Assembly (NCBI GenBank): GCA_030390025.1
Contig: CM059438.1
Span: 54,438,001 to 54,502,000 of the forward strand
Source of the DNA: Squalus acanthias
Taxonomy: Eukaryota
Reading direction: 5' to 3'
DNA: 64,000 nucleotides
In this document: piece by piece, positions 51,458 to 64,000 of the stretch
Numbering within the stretch: position 1 is the first letter of the stretch
How the letters are laid out: each line of letters begins with the position of its first letter
Position numbers and translations under genes: made by a program
Notes under the pieces: model-generated
What the model saw: the letters and a program-made list of their open reading frames with translations, nothing else
The model's database searches: none
What the model was told of the DNA's origin: nothing

Positions 51458-52010
51458 GCAGGTACTTACCTCCATCCCCCTTCTTCCTGGGGCGCGACCA
51501 TTTAATATCGCGGCGCTACACGCAACAGCACCACGCACGTCGGCACGTAGTGCTGCGGTATTATAGGCCTCCCTCCCCTGATTAAAGGGAGGGGCCTGGC
51601 GCAGCACGCACCGGGGCGCCGGGAAAACAGCCCGGCACTCAAGAGGAGTACCGGGCTAACCGATTGTGGCCAGCACCCCGCATGAAGAAGCGGAAGGGGC
51701 AGGTGCCGACAGGCGGCCCCCAAAAAAATGGCCGCCCGGCCCCTGCCCTTTAATTTGTGCTGCCACAGCTGCAAAAACACCACCCTGACCCTGTCAGACA
51801 TATTGTCCGGCGGTAGGTCAGGGGGCACGACCGAAGTTGACGTCACTGCTGGATGCGCAGCGCGCTACAGGCTACCACTGCTGTTAACCTCCCGCTGAAT
51901 TTCGATGGGAGGAGTTAGCGGTGCCGCACCCAGGTGCTAGGGGCTTTGCGCCCAGTTAGCTCCCCCCGGAGGCGCTTACGAGAGGTGCAAAGCAACCCAA
52001 TTTTCCCCCT
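51458..52010. mobile_element. GC/CpG-rich remnant, probably a non-autonomous DNA transposon
   Basis: Abrupt GC-rich block ending in AATTTTCCCCC, similar to other candidate termini here. No recognisable coding capacity; second TIR not seen. Confidence 0.4.
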
Positions 52011-52235
52011 AAGAGTTGCCTCACCCATATTACATGTAGAGATTTATTTATGTAAGTGCGAGAAGTAAAATTCTATATATTGAGCTTCCACAAACAATCA
52101 AATACTTCAATGTCTCCAGGAAGATCAGATATCGTTTACAAACTTTTTTCCAAATCCTTTCAAGTGGAGAAGTGCACCCCTCCCCCTCAGCAGTGGCATC
52201 TCTGACTCAGTGAGCAGCTTTATGGAATACCTAGG

Positions 52236-52374
52236 GGGGCAATTTTAAGCTAACCTGACTAACGGGTGCAACGCTGGTTTTACATCCAGCCTGATTTTAC
52301 TCTCCATTGACGTTACTGATGTTCCACCTGATCCTGTGGGTTTCCCACCCAGTGAGTTACGTTAAAATTACCTC
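52236..52374. mobile_element. Small MITE (~140 bp)
   Basis: Left end GGGGCAATTTTAAGCTAAC versus reverse complement of right end GAGGTAATTTTAACGTAAC. Confidence 0.6.
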
Positions 52375-52444
52375 GTGTTTAAAAGTCTACACAGTGCATT
52401 AGTCCCTTCCCAAGTATTCTTATTTTTTATTTTATGAAATAACG

Positions 52445-53160
52445 CGTGTGGTTTCTCCTCAATTGTGCTGTTTTTTTTCATCGCAATTCCCCCGATATTG
52501 GCGTAACTGGCGCAAAAGATTTCGAAGCACAAATTGCATTCAGCGCAACTCGAGTTTTCGGGATCTTTTGCACTTATTTTAAAAGCATCGCGCTAGAAGC
52601 AGGCCTTGCCACAAACTGGCCACGCCCCCAGATCAAATTACCATTGGGAGTTTCCGCTAATTGTGCTTGTTTGCTGGCTCCAAAAATTAAGCTGGATCTG
52701 TTGGGCACAAGGACACTAGTAGATACGTTTTGAATTAATTGTTTCTTTAATTTACTAAGGAACTGACGACTGTACCCCAATCTAACTAAAAAAATACATA
52801 AAACTATTTTCTAAAGTTCATTTTCAGTAATTTTAAATCGGGTTACTCACAGGTGGTAGATTGACACTGTGATTTAAAATGCTTATTTTTTGTGATAAAC
52901 CCATTTTCAGCTGTATTAATCAAACTTTACCAAGTTACCACTCTTAAATATGTCAAGGAATACTTTTTAAAGCAAATTTTTATTTTTAAATTAGGTTTTA
53001 AAACGCTGCCCGATTGCACTGGTTCATGGCAGATTTTCCTTTCGGCGAATTCAATTTGAGTGGAAACTCGAGGGAAAAAAAAACTTTTCAAAGCAGGCGC
53101 AATTCTGAGCGCAATTTGCGTCGGATTGCCGATTGCGACCAAAGCGGAAACTCTCCCCCC
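52445..53160. mobile_element. Degenerate MITE-like element with GC-rich arms and an AT-rich centre
   Basis: Partial inverted symmetry (CTCGAGTTT at ~52549 versus AAACTCGAG at ~53064); right end GGAAACTCTCCCC. Confidence 0.4.
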
Positions 53161-54674
53161 AGCTCTCCTGACCTGCCTAATAGTGTGACTAATGAGTGTG
53201 AATAATTGAAGTTGTACTGCATGTTTATTTTCATCATATTTGCAGTCGGCAGTTACTGGAGTGAAGTCTTCAGCCTTCCAGAGAGGGTGTGGTGCATTAA
53301 CTGTGGTATATTCTAGCTGATACAAAATATGGAAAGGGCTTTTGCTAACCAGGGTTATAGATAACAAGTTCTAATTAATGTGAGTTTATCCTTTTGAAAC
53401 TGCCAGTGCAAATTGTAAAAAAATATATATTTTAAAAGCTTCTCTAGAAGCAATAACCCTGAATAATGGAAATTCTGGAAAGAATATCACTTCCTCTGCC
53501 ATTAACACCTGTAGAAATCTATTACAAAAAGCTCCCTTTCACTATCAATATATTAAAGTCTTAACTGTAAGATCTATTTATATTACAAAGAAATTTACAA
53601 GCTTTTCTTTCATATAGCTATTTCTTAATGAAAATATACAGAGGTCTAGTGGATCTCTCGTGGCAGTACTCATGGAAAATCGGATGATACATTTTTTAAT
53701 ACTGCCAAGACGATAAAACATCGTCACATTTCTGAAACTCTGACTACTCCACCACAGAAGGATCTTGATATGATTTATATTAAAATGATATTAGGATAAA
53801 TTCAACTCACAAGTGATTAAACCAGAGTACCGGAAGAGGTCTATTACAGCTAGATGAACTAGTTTCTGGACTGGTGCTTCTTGCTTACCACATCAGCTTC
53901 AGGGAACAGACCTTCCTGTGGACGATTCAGACTCATTGGCCTGTAATTTGCGGTCGGGGTGAAGCAAAGGAGCTCGCCGCTGGCCCTGAAGAAAGCTGTC
54001 CACAGAGTTCTCGCGATCTCTGTGGCGAGAAATTTGCCTTTTTCAACATTCAATTAATTTCAGCGCTGTCTAATGGGAATTCCTAGTGCAATGCTGCTGT
54101 GACATCAACAAGCTGTATAAGCAGCCAATCACATTGCAGAATTCTCAGACAGGAAACCAGGAAATGAGAAGCTGCTTTTATCCGGACTTTACAGAGAGCG
54201 AAATAAAGATTGGAACTCTCACATGGGGATCAGGTAGAACCTAAAATAATCATGAACAAACATTAAAAAATTTTTAAATTTTTTTTAAAATTGTAATGGA
54301 GAAATTTGACACGCCACAAATATAAAAATTAGTTTTTCAGGGCCAGAACGTTTGTTTACCAGTCAATACACTGTTAAAAGTCCAGTTACACCTATTCCAA
54401 CAAGGCTTAACATTTAATGGGGTATTTAACAACGATATTACTGCGGAAAAGCCCAAGTTTCTAGCTTAACTGGGAAACTGGACAACTTCACATTGGGGGA
54501 GCTGCAGCAGGGACAGAGGTCAAGCTGCTGACTTCCTGTCCAGCTAGGAAATGAAAGCGCAGTGGAACACATGGTCTAGAGCAGTTGCGTGAGATCTGGT
54601 AACGGGAAGGATCAAGTCCTCTAAGATAGAGCTGGTCAGGATCAGAGGAATGGCTGTCCAAAAAGTGATATTTA

Positions 54675-57486
54675 GCCCACTTATAATTTCCAACCTCCCT
54701 TTCCTCTCCAAAGTCCTTGAACGTGTTGTCACCTCCCAAATCCATGCCCATCTTTCCTGGAACTCCATATTTGAATCCTTCCAAGGATTTCCACCCCTGC
54801 CACAGTACCGAAACGGCTCTTATCAAAGTCACAAATGACATCCTATGTGACTGTGACAAAGGTAAACTATCCCTCCTCTCCCTTCTTGACCTGTCTGCAG
54901 CCTTTGACACGGTTGACCACTCCATCCTCCTCCAATGCCTCTCCACCGTCATCCAGCTGGGTGGGACTGCACTCGCCTGGTTCCATTCTTATCTATCTAA
55001 TCGTAGCCAGAGAATCACCTGCAATGGCTTTTCTTCCCGCTCCCGCATCGTTACATCTGGTGTCGTCTAAGGATCTATCCTTGGCTCCCTCCTATTTCTC
55101 ATCTACATGCTGCCCCCTCGGTGAAATCATCTGAAAACACAGCATCAGTTTCCACATGTACGCTGACGACACCCAGCTCAACCTCACCACCACTTCTCTC
55201 GACCTCTCCACTGTCTCTAAATTGTCAGACTGCTTGTTCGACATGCAGTACTGGATTAGCAGAAATTTCCCCCAGTTTTTTTCTTTTATTATTCGTTTAT
55301 GGGATGTGGGCGTCGCTGGCAAGGCCAGCATTTATTGCCCATCCCTAACTGCCCTTGAGAAGGTGGTGGTGAGCTGCCTTCTTGAACCGCTGCAGTCCGT
55401 GTGGTGAAGCTACTTCCACAGTGCTGTTAGGTAGGGAGTTCCAAAATTTTGACCCAGCGACGATGAAGGATCGGCGATATACTTCTACGTCAGGATGGTG
55501 TGTGACTTGGAGGGGAACTTGGAGGTGGCGGTGTTCCCATGCGCCTGCTGCCCTTGTCTTTCTAGGTGGAAGAGGTCGCGGGTTTGGGAGGTGCTGCCGA
55601 AGAAGCCTTGGCGAGTTGCTGCAGTGCATCTTGTAGATGGTACACACTGCAGCCATGGTACGCCGGTGGTGGATGAAGTGAATGATTAAGGTGGTCGATG
55701 GGGTGCCAATCATGCAGGCTGCTTTGTCCTGGATGGTGTCGAGCTTCTTGAGTGTTGTTGGAGCTGCACTCATCCAGGCAAGTGGAGAGTATTCCATCAC
55801 ACTCCTTACTTGTGCCTTGTAAGATGGTGGAAAAGCTTTGGGGAGTCAGGAGGCGAGACACTTGCCGCAGAATACTTAGCCTCTGACCTGCTCTTGTTGC
55901 CACAGTATTTATGTGGCTGGTCCAGTTAAGTTTCTGGTCAATGGTGACCCCCCACGATGTTGATGGCGGGGGTTTCGGCGATGGTAATGCCATGGAGTGT
56001 CAAGGGGCGGTGGTTAGACTCTCGCTTGTTGGAGATAGTCATTGCCTGGCACTTGTGTGGCGCGAATGTAACCAGGTCTTGTTGCATGCGGGCATGGACT
56101 GCTTCATTATCTGAGGAGTTGTGAATGGCACTGAACACTGTGCAATCATCAGCAAATATCCCCACTTCTGACCTTATGTTGGACGGAAGGTCATTGATGA
56201 AGCAGCTGAAGATGGTTGGGCCTAGGACACTGAGGAACTCATGCAGCAATGTCCTGGGACTGTGATGATTGACCTTCAACCACCACAACCATCTTCCTTT
56301 GTGCCACGTATGACTCCAGCCAGTGGAGTTCCCCCCCCCCCCCGCGATTCCCATTGACTTCAGTTTTACTAGGGCTCCTTGATGTCTAGGGCAGTCACTC
56401 TCACCTCACCTCTGGAATTCAGCTCCTTTGTTCATGTTTGGACCAAGGCTGTAATGAGGTCGGGAGCCGAGTGGTCTTGGCGGAACCCAAACTGGGCATC
56501 AGTGTGCAGGTTATTGGTGAGTAAGTGCCGCTTGATAGCACTGTCGATGACACCTTCCATGACTTTGCTGATGATTGAGAGTAGACTGATGGAGCAGTAA
56601 TTGGCCGGATTGGATTTGTCCTGCTTTTTGTGGACAGGACATACCTGGGCAGTTTTCCACATTGTCGGAAATTAAATATTGCGAAGACCGAAGCCATTGT
56701 CTTCGGTCCTCACGCCACCGACTCCATCCCTCTCCCTAGCATCTGTCTGAGGTTGAATCACACTGTTCGCAACCTTGGTGTCATATTTGACCCTGAAATG
56801 AGTTTCCAACCACATATCCATACCTAAGATCGTCTATTTCCACCCCCGTAACATCGTCCGTCTTCGCCCCTGCCCCAGCTCATCCGCTGCTGAAACTCCC
56901 ATCCATGCCTTTGTTAACTCTAGACTTGACTATTCCAATGCACTCCTGGCTGGCCTCCCACGTTCTACCCTACATAAACCTGAGGTCATCCAAAACTCGG
57001 TTGCCCATGTCCTAACTCGCACCAAGTCCCGTTCACCCATCACCCCTGTGCTCGCTGATCTACAATGGCTCCTGGTTAAGCCTCGATTTTAATATTCTCA
57101 TCCTTGTTTTCATATCCCTCCATGCCCTCGTCCCTCCCTATCTCTGTCAACTCCCCCCCACCCCCCGCCACCCCAACCACCCCGAGATATCTGTGCTCCT
57201 CTAATTCTGGTCTCTTCAGCATCCGTGATTTTAATCACTCAACTATTGGTGGCCGTGCCTTCAGCTGCCTAGGCTCTAAGCTCTGGAATTCCCTCCCTAA
57301 ACCTCTCCGCCTCTCTTTCCTCCTTTAAGACGTTCCTGAAAACCTACCTCTTTGACCAAGCTTTTGATTATCTGCCCTAATTTCTCCTTATGTGGCTCGG
57401 TGTCAAATTTTGTTTTATAACACTTCTGTGAAGTGTCTTGGGGCGTTTTACTACGTTAAAAGCGCTATATAAATACAAGTTGTTGT
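54675..57486 (+). mobile_element. L2-clade LINE, 5'-truncated, interrupted at 55276-56667
   Basis: ISNLPFLSKVLE, HSTETALIKV, LLDLSAAFDTVDH, MYADDTQL; resumes as LNIAKTEAI, SRLDYSNALLAGL, LWNSLP; ends ATAAATACAAGTTGTTGT. Confidence 0.92.
55276..56667 (-). mobile_element. CR1/Jockey-group LINE (same family as 1-4868) nested in the L2
   Basis: QFGFRQDHSAPDL, IFADDCT, MMEYSPLAW, FWNSLP; A-rich 3' tail at 55276-55292. Confidence 0.92.
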
Positions 57487-57861
57487 AATGAGGACAGTGC
57501 AGTGTGAGTAGTCATATTTCCATGTTATGAGGAGTGATATGAATTAAGTTCAAGTACAGTGAAATGTATTGTAGATGTTGCTCTGCACATTCGCTTAACA
57601 ATTGTAAAATAAGCCAGTTTTACTGATTACCTTTTGGTCTCATCTCATTATAGGATTGATTAGTCCACCTTTCAGGAGATTGCATACCGGGTTATGGTTC
57701 CATTTCATATAGCAAGGGGTTACACGGTTATAATTCCTCCAGTCATGTTATTACATGAGTAGATACTCAGAAGTAAAGATAAACTACTGCTTACAAGGGA
57801 CTGGTGATGTTAAACCCAATAGAATATCTAGTGCAGACATGAAATGTGTAACAAACACACA

Positions 57862-58730
57862 GGCCGGAATTTTCTGGGGTCCGTGCGTGCGCGATCAGAG
57901 GCGGGTTGGGTGGGAAATTTGAAAAAAATTGGAGCGGGTTGGGAACCCGCTGTCATCCCGCCCTCACGCACCTTTCCCTCGGGCGCATTTGCCGGTGTGG
58001 CTGCGACTCGACTGGCAGAGGCGGGCGACCTAATTTAAATAAGCTTAAGAGCCTTTTCCCCCCGACATGGCCACGGGATTCACAGAGCTCGGGAACCACG
58101 TCTGTCAACCTGAGGCAGGAGTTGAGTGGCCATTGCTCCAGCTATTTACTTGACAGCATGAAATGTACTATAAAAGCTCCAACCTCACAGCTGATCACTT
58201 TCCTCAAGCAGAAGCTGTTGCTGACTACATTGCCAGCACAGATTTGACTTTCTGCAGGCTGCAAGTGTTTCCAGCAAAGTCTCCATCCAGTGTCACCTCA
58301 TTGGAAGAACCTCTCTCACCTTTGACAGATTGCTTCTGTCAACTCTACTTGACCTGCCATCTATTCCATCAGCATGGGTGCCGTTTATACTGTCTCACCT
58401 TGGTCCTCAGACCTGCAGCACCAACAACACCACCACCAACCTTCTCTGCAACCACCTGATGCTGCACAGAACAGAGGGCATCAGCACCCGAGCACATTGC
58501 TGCCCGGGAGGCCAGGGATGGTCTCATCATGTCCAGATTTACTTAACTTTACGCTGTACACCCATATGGCTGCCACATGCTGCGCCAGGTTGGCACCATC
58601 CTACAGTAGAGTCATCGAGAAAGCAAGAAGCAAATAACAGTGTGTGTGTGGGGTGGGGTGGGGTGTAACTGATGCTGGTCACTGAGGAGGGACAGAGGAA
58701 GTTTGAAGGGGAGAAAGTGTGGTTAGGCAA
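57862..58730 (+). mobile_element. Possible Harbinger-type transposon end, decayed
   Basis: Begins GGCCGGAATTTT with a GC-rich subterminal region like that at 15100-15166. No DDE motif seen. Confidence 0.35.
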
Positions 58731-58980
58731 GTGTCGAGAACTGTCACTATTCAGGATGGAAAAACTTATTTATTTCTGTATGCAGTTTATTTTTTTATAA
58801 AAATGAAATGTAGGAATTATATAATGTTACAGTATATTATAGTTCACTAAATTTTATTAAAGTTTTTTTGAATAAATTTATCCATTGCATTTACCTTTGT
58901 GTCTTTTAATGCATTAATTAAGGCTTATACGAAGGCCTTAGCCTATCCAAACAGTTTGTGCTTGGACTTGCCAACCCTAC

Positions 58981-61900
58981 ATAGAATGGTTACAGCACAG
59001 AAGGAGCCCATTCAGCTCGTGCCGGCTCTCTGAAAGAGCACTTCAGCTCATAGAAACACAGAAGATAGGAGCAGGAGTAGGCCATTCGGCCCCTCGAGCC
59101 TGCTCCGCCATTCAATGCGATCATGGCTGATCATCCAAATTCAGTACCCTGTCCCTGCTTTCTCCCCATATCCCTTCATCCCCTTAGCCTTAAGAAATAT
59201 ATCTAACTCCTTCTTGAATATATTTAATGAATTGGACTCAACTGTCTTCTGTGGTAGAGAATTCCACAGGTTCACCACTCTCTGGTAGAAGAAATTCCTC
59301 CTCATCTCAGTCCTAAATGGCTTACCCCTTATCCTTAGACTGTGACCCCTGGTTCTGGACTCCCCCGCCATCGGGAACATCCTTCCTGCATCTAGTCTGT
59401 CTAGTCCTGTTAGAATTTTATAAGTTTCAATGAGATCCCTTCTCATTCTTCTAAACTCTAGCGAATACAAGCCCAATCGACCCAATCTCTCTTCATACGT
59501 CATTCCTGCCATCCCAGGTATCAGTCTGGTGAATCTTCGCTGCACTCCCTCCATGGCAAGAACATCCTTCTTCAGATAAGTCGACCAAAACTGCACACAA
59601 TACTCAAGGTGTGGTCTCACCAAAGCCCTGTACAACTGCAGCAAGACCTCCTTGCTTCTGTACTCGAATCCTCTTGCTATGAAGGCCAACATACCATTTG
59701 CCTTCTTAACCGCCTGCTGCACCTGCATGCTTACCTTCAGCGACTGGTGCACAAGGACACCCAGGTCTCGTTGCACTTCCCCTTTTCCCACTCTATTGCC
59801 GTTCAGATAATAATCTGCCTTCCTGTTTTTGCCACCAAAGTGGATAACCTCGCATTTATCCACATTATACTGCATCTGCCATGCATCTGCCCAATCACCC
59901 AACCTGTCCAAATCATACTGGAGTTTCTCTGCATCCTCCTCACAGCACACACGCCCACCCAGCTTTGTGTCATCTGCAAACTTGGAGATATTACATCTAG
60001 TTCCCTCGTCTAGATCATTAATATATATTGTGAATAACTGGGGTCCTAGCACCGATCCCTGCGGTACCCCACTAGTCACTGCCTGTCACTCGGAAAAAGA
60101 CCCGTTTATTCCAACTCTTTGCTTCCTGTCTGCCAACCAGTTTTCTATCCAAGACAGTACCTTACCCCCAATCCCGTGTGCTTTAACTTTGCACGCTAAT
60201 CTCTTATGCGGGACCTTATCGAAAGCCTTCTGAAAGTCCAAGTACACCGCATCCACTGGTTCTCCCTTATCTATTCTACCAGTTACATCCTCAAAAAATT
60301 CCAGTAGATTAGTCAAGCATGATTTACCTTTTGTAAATCCATGTTGACTTTGTCCGATCCTGTCACTGTTTTCTAAGTGCTCTGCTATTACATCTTTTAT
60401 AATGGACTCTAGCATTTTCCCCACTACCGATGTCAGGCTTATCGGTCTATAATTCCCCGTTTTCTCTCTCCCACCTTTTTAAAATAGTGGGGTTACATTA
60501 GCTACCCTCCAATCCATGGGAACTGTTCCAGAGTCTATAGAATTTTGGAAGATGACCAGCAATGCATCTACTATTTCTAGGGCCACTTCCTTAAGTACCC
60601 TAGGATGCAGATTATCAGGCCCTGGGGATTTATCGGCCTTCAATCCCGTCAATTTCCCGAACACCATTTCCCTACAAATACTGATTTCATTCAGTTCCTC
60701 CCTCTCATTAGACCCTATGTTCCCCGACATCTCTGGGAGGTTATTTGTGTCCTCCTTTGTGAAGACAGAACCAAAGTATGTATTTAATTGGTCTGCCATT
60801 TCTTTGTTCCCCATTATAAATTCCCCTGATTCTGACTGCAAGGGACCTACACTTGACTTCACCAATCTTTTTCTCTTCACATATCTATAGAAGCTTTTAC
60901 AGTCAGTTTTTATGTTCCCTGCAAGCTTACTCTCATACTCTATTTTCCCCCTCTTAATTAATCCCTTTGTCCTCCTTTGCTGAATCCTAAACTGCTCCCA
61001 ATCCTCAGGTTTGCTGCTTTTTCTGGACAATTTATATGTCCTCTCCTTGGATCTTATGCTATCCCTAATTTCCCTTGTTAGCCACGGTTGAGTCACCTTT
61101 TTTGTTTTATTTTTATGCCAAACAGGGATGAACTAATTCTGTAGTTCATCCATGCGATCTTTAAATGTTTGCCATTGCCTATCCACCATCAACCCTTTAA
61201 GTAACGTTCCCCAATCCATCCTAGCCAACTCGCGCCTCATACCGTCGTAGTTTCCTTTATTTAAATTCAGGACCCTAGTCTCGGAGTCAACTACTTCACT
61301 CTCCATCTTAATGAAGAATTCTATCACATTATGATCGCTCCTCCCCAAGGGGCCTCGCACAACAAGATTGCTAATTAATCCTCTCTCATTACATAATACC
61401 CAGTCTAAGATGGCCTGATCTCTAGTTGGTTCCTCGACATATTGATCCAGGAAACCATCCCGTATACACTCTAGGAATTCCTCCTCCACAGTATTGTTAC
61501 TAATTTGGTTAGCCCAATCTATATGTAGATTAAAGTCACCCATGATAACTGCTGTGCCCTTATTGCACACGTCTCTAATTTCCCATTTAATGCCATCCCC
61601 AACCTCAGCATTACTGTTTGGGGGTCTGTATACAACTCCCACTAACGTTTTCTGCCCCTTGGTATTTCTCAGCTCTACCCATACAGATGCCACATCATCA
61701 CAGCTAATATCCTTCCTTACTTTTGTGTTAATCTCTTCTTTAACCAGCAATGCTAACCCACCTCCTTTTCCTTTTTGCCTGTCCTTCCTGAATATTGAAT
61801 ACCCCTGGATGTTGAATTCCCAGCCTTGGTCACCCTGGAGCCATGTCTCCGTAATCCCAATTATATCATATCCGTTTACATCTATTTGCGCAGCTAATTC

Positions 61901-62735
61901 ATCCACCTTATTACGAATGCTCCTCGCATTAAGACACAAAGCCTTCAGGCTTGTTTTTTTAACACTGTTAGACCATTTAGAATTTTTGTTTACTGTGGCC
62001 ATGTTTGATTTACACCCTTGATTTCTCTGACTTCCACTTTTGCTTTTCTCCTTCCTGTCTTTTTCTTCCATCCTTGCTTCCCTTTCCTCTGTCTCCCTGC
62101 ACAGGTTCCCAGCTCGTCCCACTCCCCCGTCCTTTCTCCGTGGCCCTGCAATTTTTTTTCCTTCTGGCACTTATCCAATTCCCTTTTGAAAGCCACAATT
62201 GAAGCTGCCTCCACCACCCTTTCAGGCAGTGAATTCCAGATCCTAACCACTTACTGCGTAAAAAAGTTTTTCCTCATGTCTCCTTTGGTTCCTCTGCCAA
62301 TCACCTTAAATCTGTGTCCTCTGGTTCACAACCCTTCCGCCAATGGGAACAGTTTCTCTCTATCTACCCTGTCTAGACCCCTTATGATTTTGAACACCTC
62401 TATCAAATCTCCTCTGAATCTTCTCTGCTCTGAGAACAAACCCAGCTTCTCCAGTCTATCCACGTAACTGAAGTCCCTCATCCCTGGAACCATTCTTGTA
62501 AATCTTTTCTGCACCCTCTCTAAGGCCTTCACATCCTTCCTAAAGTGCGGTGCCCAGAATTGGACACAATACTCCAGTTGAGGCCAAGCCAGTGTTTTAT
62601 AAAGATTCATCATAACTTCCTTGCTTTTGTACTCAATGCCTCTATTTATGAAGCCCAGGATCCCATATCCTATTTTAACCGCTTTCTCAACCTGCCCTGC
62701 CACCTTCAACGATTTGTGCACATATGCCTCCAGGT
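58981..62735 (-). mobile_element. Older CR1 3' fragment split in two (58981-59049 and 62110-62735)
   Basis: ORF2 C-terminus at 62326-62721 (LAWPQLEYC). The 3'UTR is continuous across the younger insert, with CAGCTC duplicated at 59044-59049 and 62110-62115. Confidence 0.85.
59050..62109 (-). mobile_element. Young 5'-truncated CR1 LINE with nearly complete ORF2 (APE + RT)
   Basis: ORFs 61133-62170, 60479-61096, 60086-60424 and 59141-60079 tile ORF2 with about two frameshifts and one stop. 3'UTR closely matches the insert at 901-1188. Confidence 0.95.
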
Positions 62736-62744
62736 GTCTCTGTT

Positions 62745-63040
62745 CATCATAGAATCATAGAAATTTACAACACGGAAGGAGGCCATTCGGCCCATCGTGT
62801 CCGCGTCGGTCGACAAAGAGCTATCCAGCCTAATCCCACCTGCCAGCGCTTGGTCCATAGCCTTGTAGGCTACGGCACTTCAATTGCACATCCAAGTTCT
62901 TTTTGAATGTGGTGAGAGTTTCTGCCTCTACCACCCTTTCAGACAGTGAGTTCCAGACCCCCACCACCCTCTGGGTGAAAACATTTCCCCTCAAATCCCC
63001 TCTAAACCTCCGACCATTTACTTTAAATCTATGCCCCATG
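62745..63040 (-). mobile_element. CR1 3' end with tail
   Basis: GHRFKV..FTQRVVGVWNSL..GYGPSAGRWD*; tail CATAGAATCATAGAA on the plus strand. Confidence 0.9.
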
Positions 63041-64000
63041 GGACATAACGGGTAGGATAAAGAAAAAAAGGAAGGCGTATGACAGATACCGAGGGCTAAA
63101 TACTCCAGAATCTTTAGTACAGAAAGTGCAGGGGTGCAATTAAAAAGGATATTAGGAAAGCAAAGAGAGAGCATGAAAAATTCTTGGCAAGTAAAATCAA
63201 GGAAAACCCAAAGATGTTTTATAAATATATTAAGAGTAAGAGGATAACTAAAGAAAGGGTAGGGCCTATTAGAGATCATGAGGGTAATCTGTGTGTGGAG
63301 GCAGGAGACGTCGGTAGGGTTCTTAATGAATACTTTGCGTCTGTTTTCACAAAGGAGAGGGGCGAAGCAGACATTGCTATCAGGGAGGAGGAGTGTGAAA
63401 TATTGGATGAAATAAACATAGTGAGAGAGGAAGTATTAAGGGATTTAGCAGCTTTAAAAGTGGATAAATCCCCAGGCCCGGATGAAATGTATCCCAAGCT
63501 GTTAAGCGAAGCAAAAGAGGAAATAGCAGAGGCCCTGACCATCATTTTTCAATCCTCTGTCTTCAGGTGTGGTGCCGGAAGACTGGAGGACTGCTAATGT
63601 GGTACCCTTGTTTAAAAAAGGAGAAAAGGATAGACCGAGTAATTACAGGCCAGTCAGCCTAACCTCGGTGGTGGGAAAGTTATTGGAAAGAATTCTGAAG
63701 GACAGGACAAATCTTCATTTAGAAAGACATGGATTAATCAAGGATAGTCAGCACGGATTTGTTAAGGGAAGGTCGTGTCTGACAAACTTGATTGAATTTT
63801 TTGAGGAGGGAACAAGGAGGGTAGATGAGGGTAGTGCGTTTGATGTAGTTTATATGGACTTTAGCAAGGCTTTTGATAAGGTTCCACATGGCAGACTGGT
63901 CACGAAGTTAAAAGCCCATGGGATCCAGGGCAAAGTGTTGATTCAAAACTGGCTCGGAGACAGGAAGCAGAGGGTAATGGTTGATGGGTGTTTTTGTGAC
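63041..64000 (+). mobile_element. CR1 ORF2 internal segment in opposite orientation, running off the window
   Basis: KENPKMFYKY, DKSPGPD, NYRPVSLTS, QHGF, DFSKAFDKV. Confidence 0.92.

Noticed and set aside
51462..51475. U1 snRNA 5' end (TACTTACCT)
   Set aside because: Similarity ends after 9 nt and no U1 body follows.
53160..54670. Host exons in non-repeat-looking sequence
   Set aside because: Only short ORFs with no recognisable domain or convincing splice-site pair; small exons cannot be excluded without RNA-seq.

Overview
Eukaryotic, almost entirely repeat-derived DNA. The LINE families look like those of a cartilaginous fish, but that is an inference. I recognise no host protein-coding gene, rRNA, tRNA or CRISPR array. 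1-15.7 kb is a nest of transposons: a CR1-group LINE split by a near-intact Penelope-like element (PLE; RT + GIY-YIG, inverted pseudo-LTRs each with a minimal hammerhead ribozyme, 12-bp TSD); a short second PLE with the same architecture; a full-length decayed CR1 inside an older CR1; and a decayed Harbinger-type transposon whose two-exon Myb/SANT gene has a solo-LTR candidate in its intron. 15.7-18.8 kb is a purine-rich ~24-bp tandem repeat. A 500-N gap follows, then a ~32-kb array of a 25-bp satellite with multi-kb higher-order duplications (19.3-51.5 kb). 51.5-64 kb holds MITE/Harbinger remnants and nested L2 and CR1 LINEs, including a probable twin-priming inversion. I cannot support a genuinely new biological system. 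The best leads are the two ribozyme-bearing PLEs with a shared insertion signature, and the structure and possible LINE origin of the satellites.
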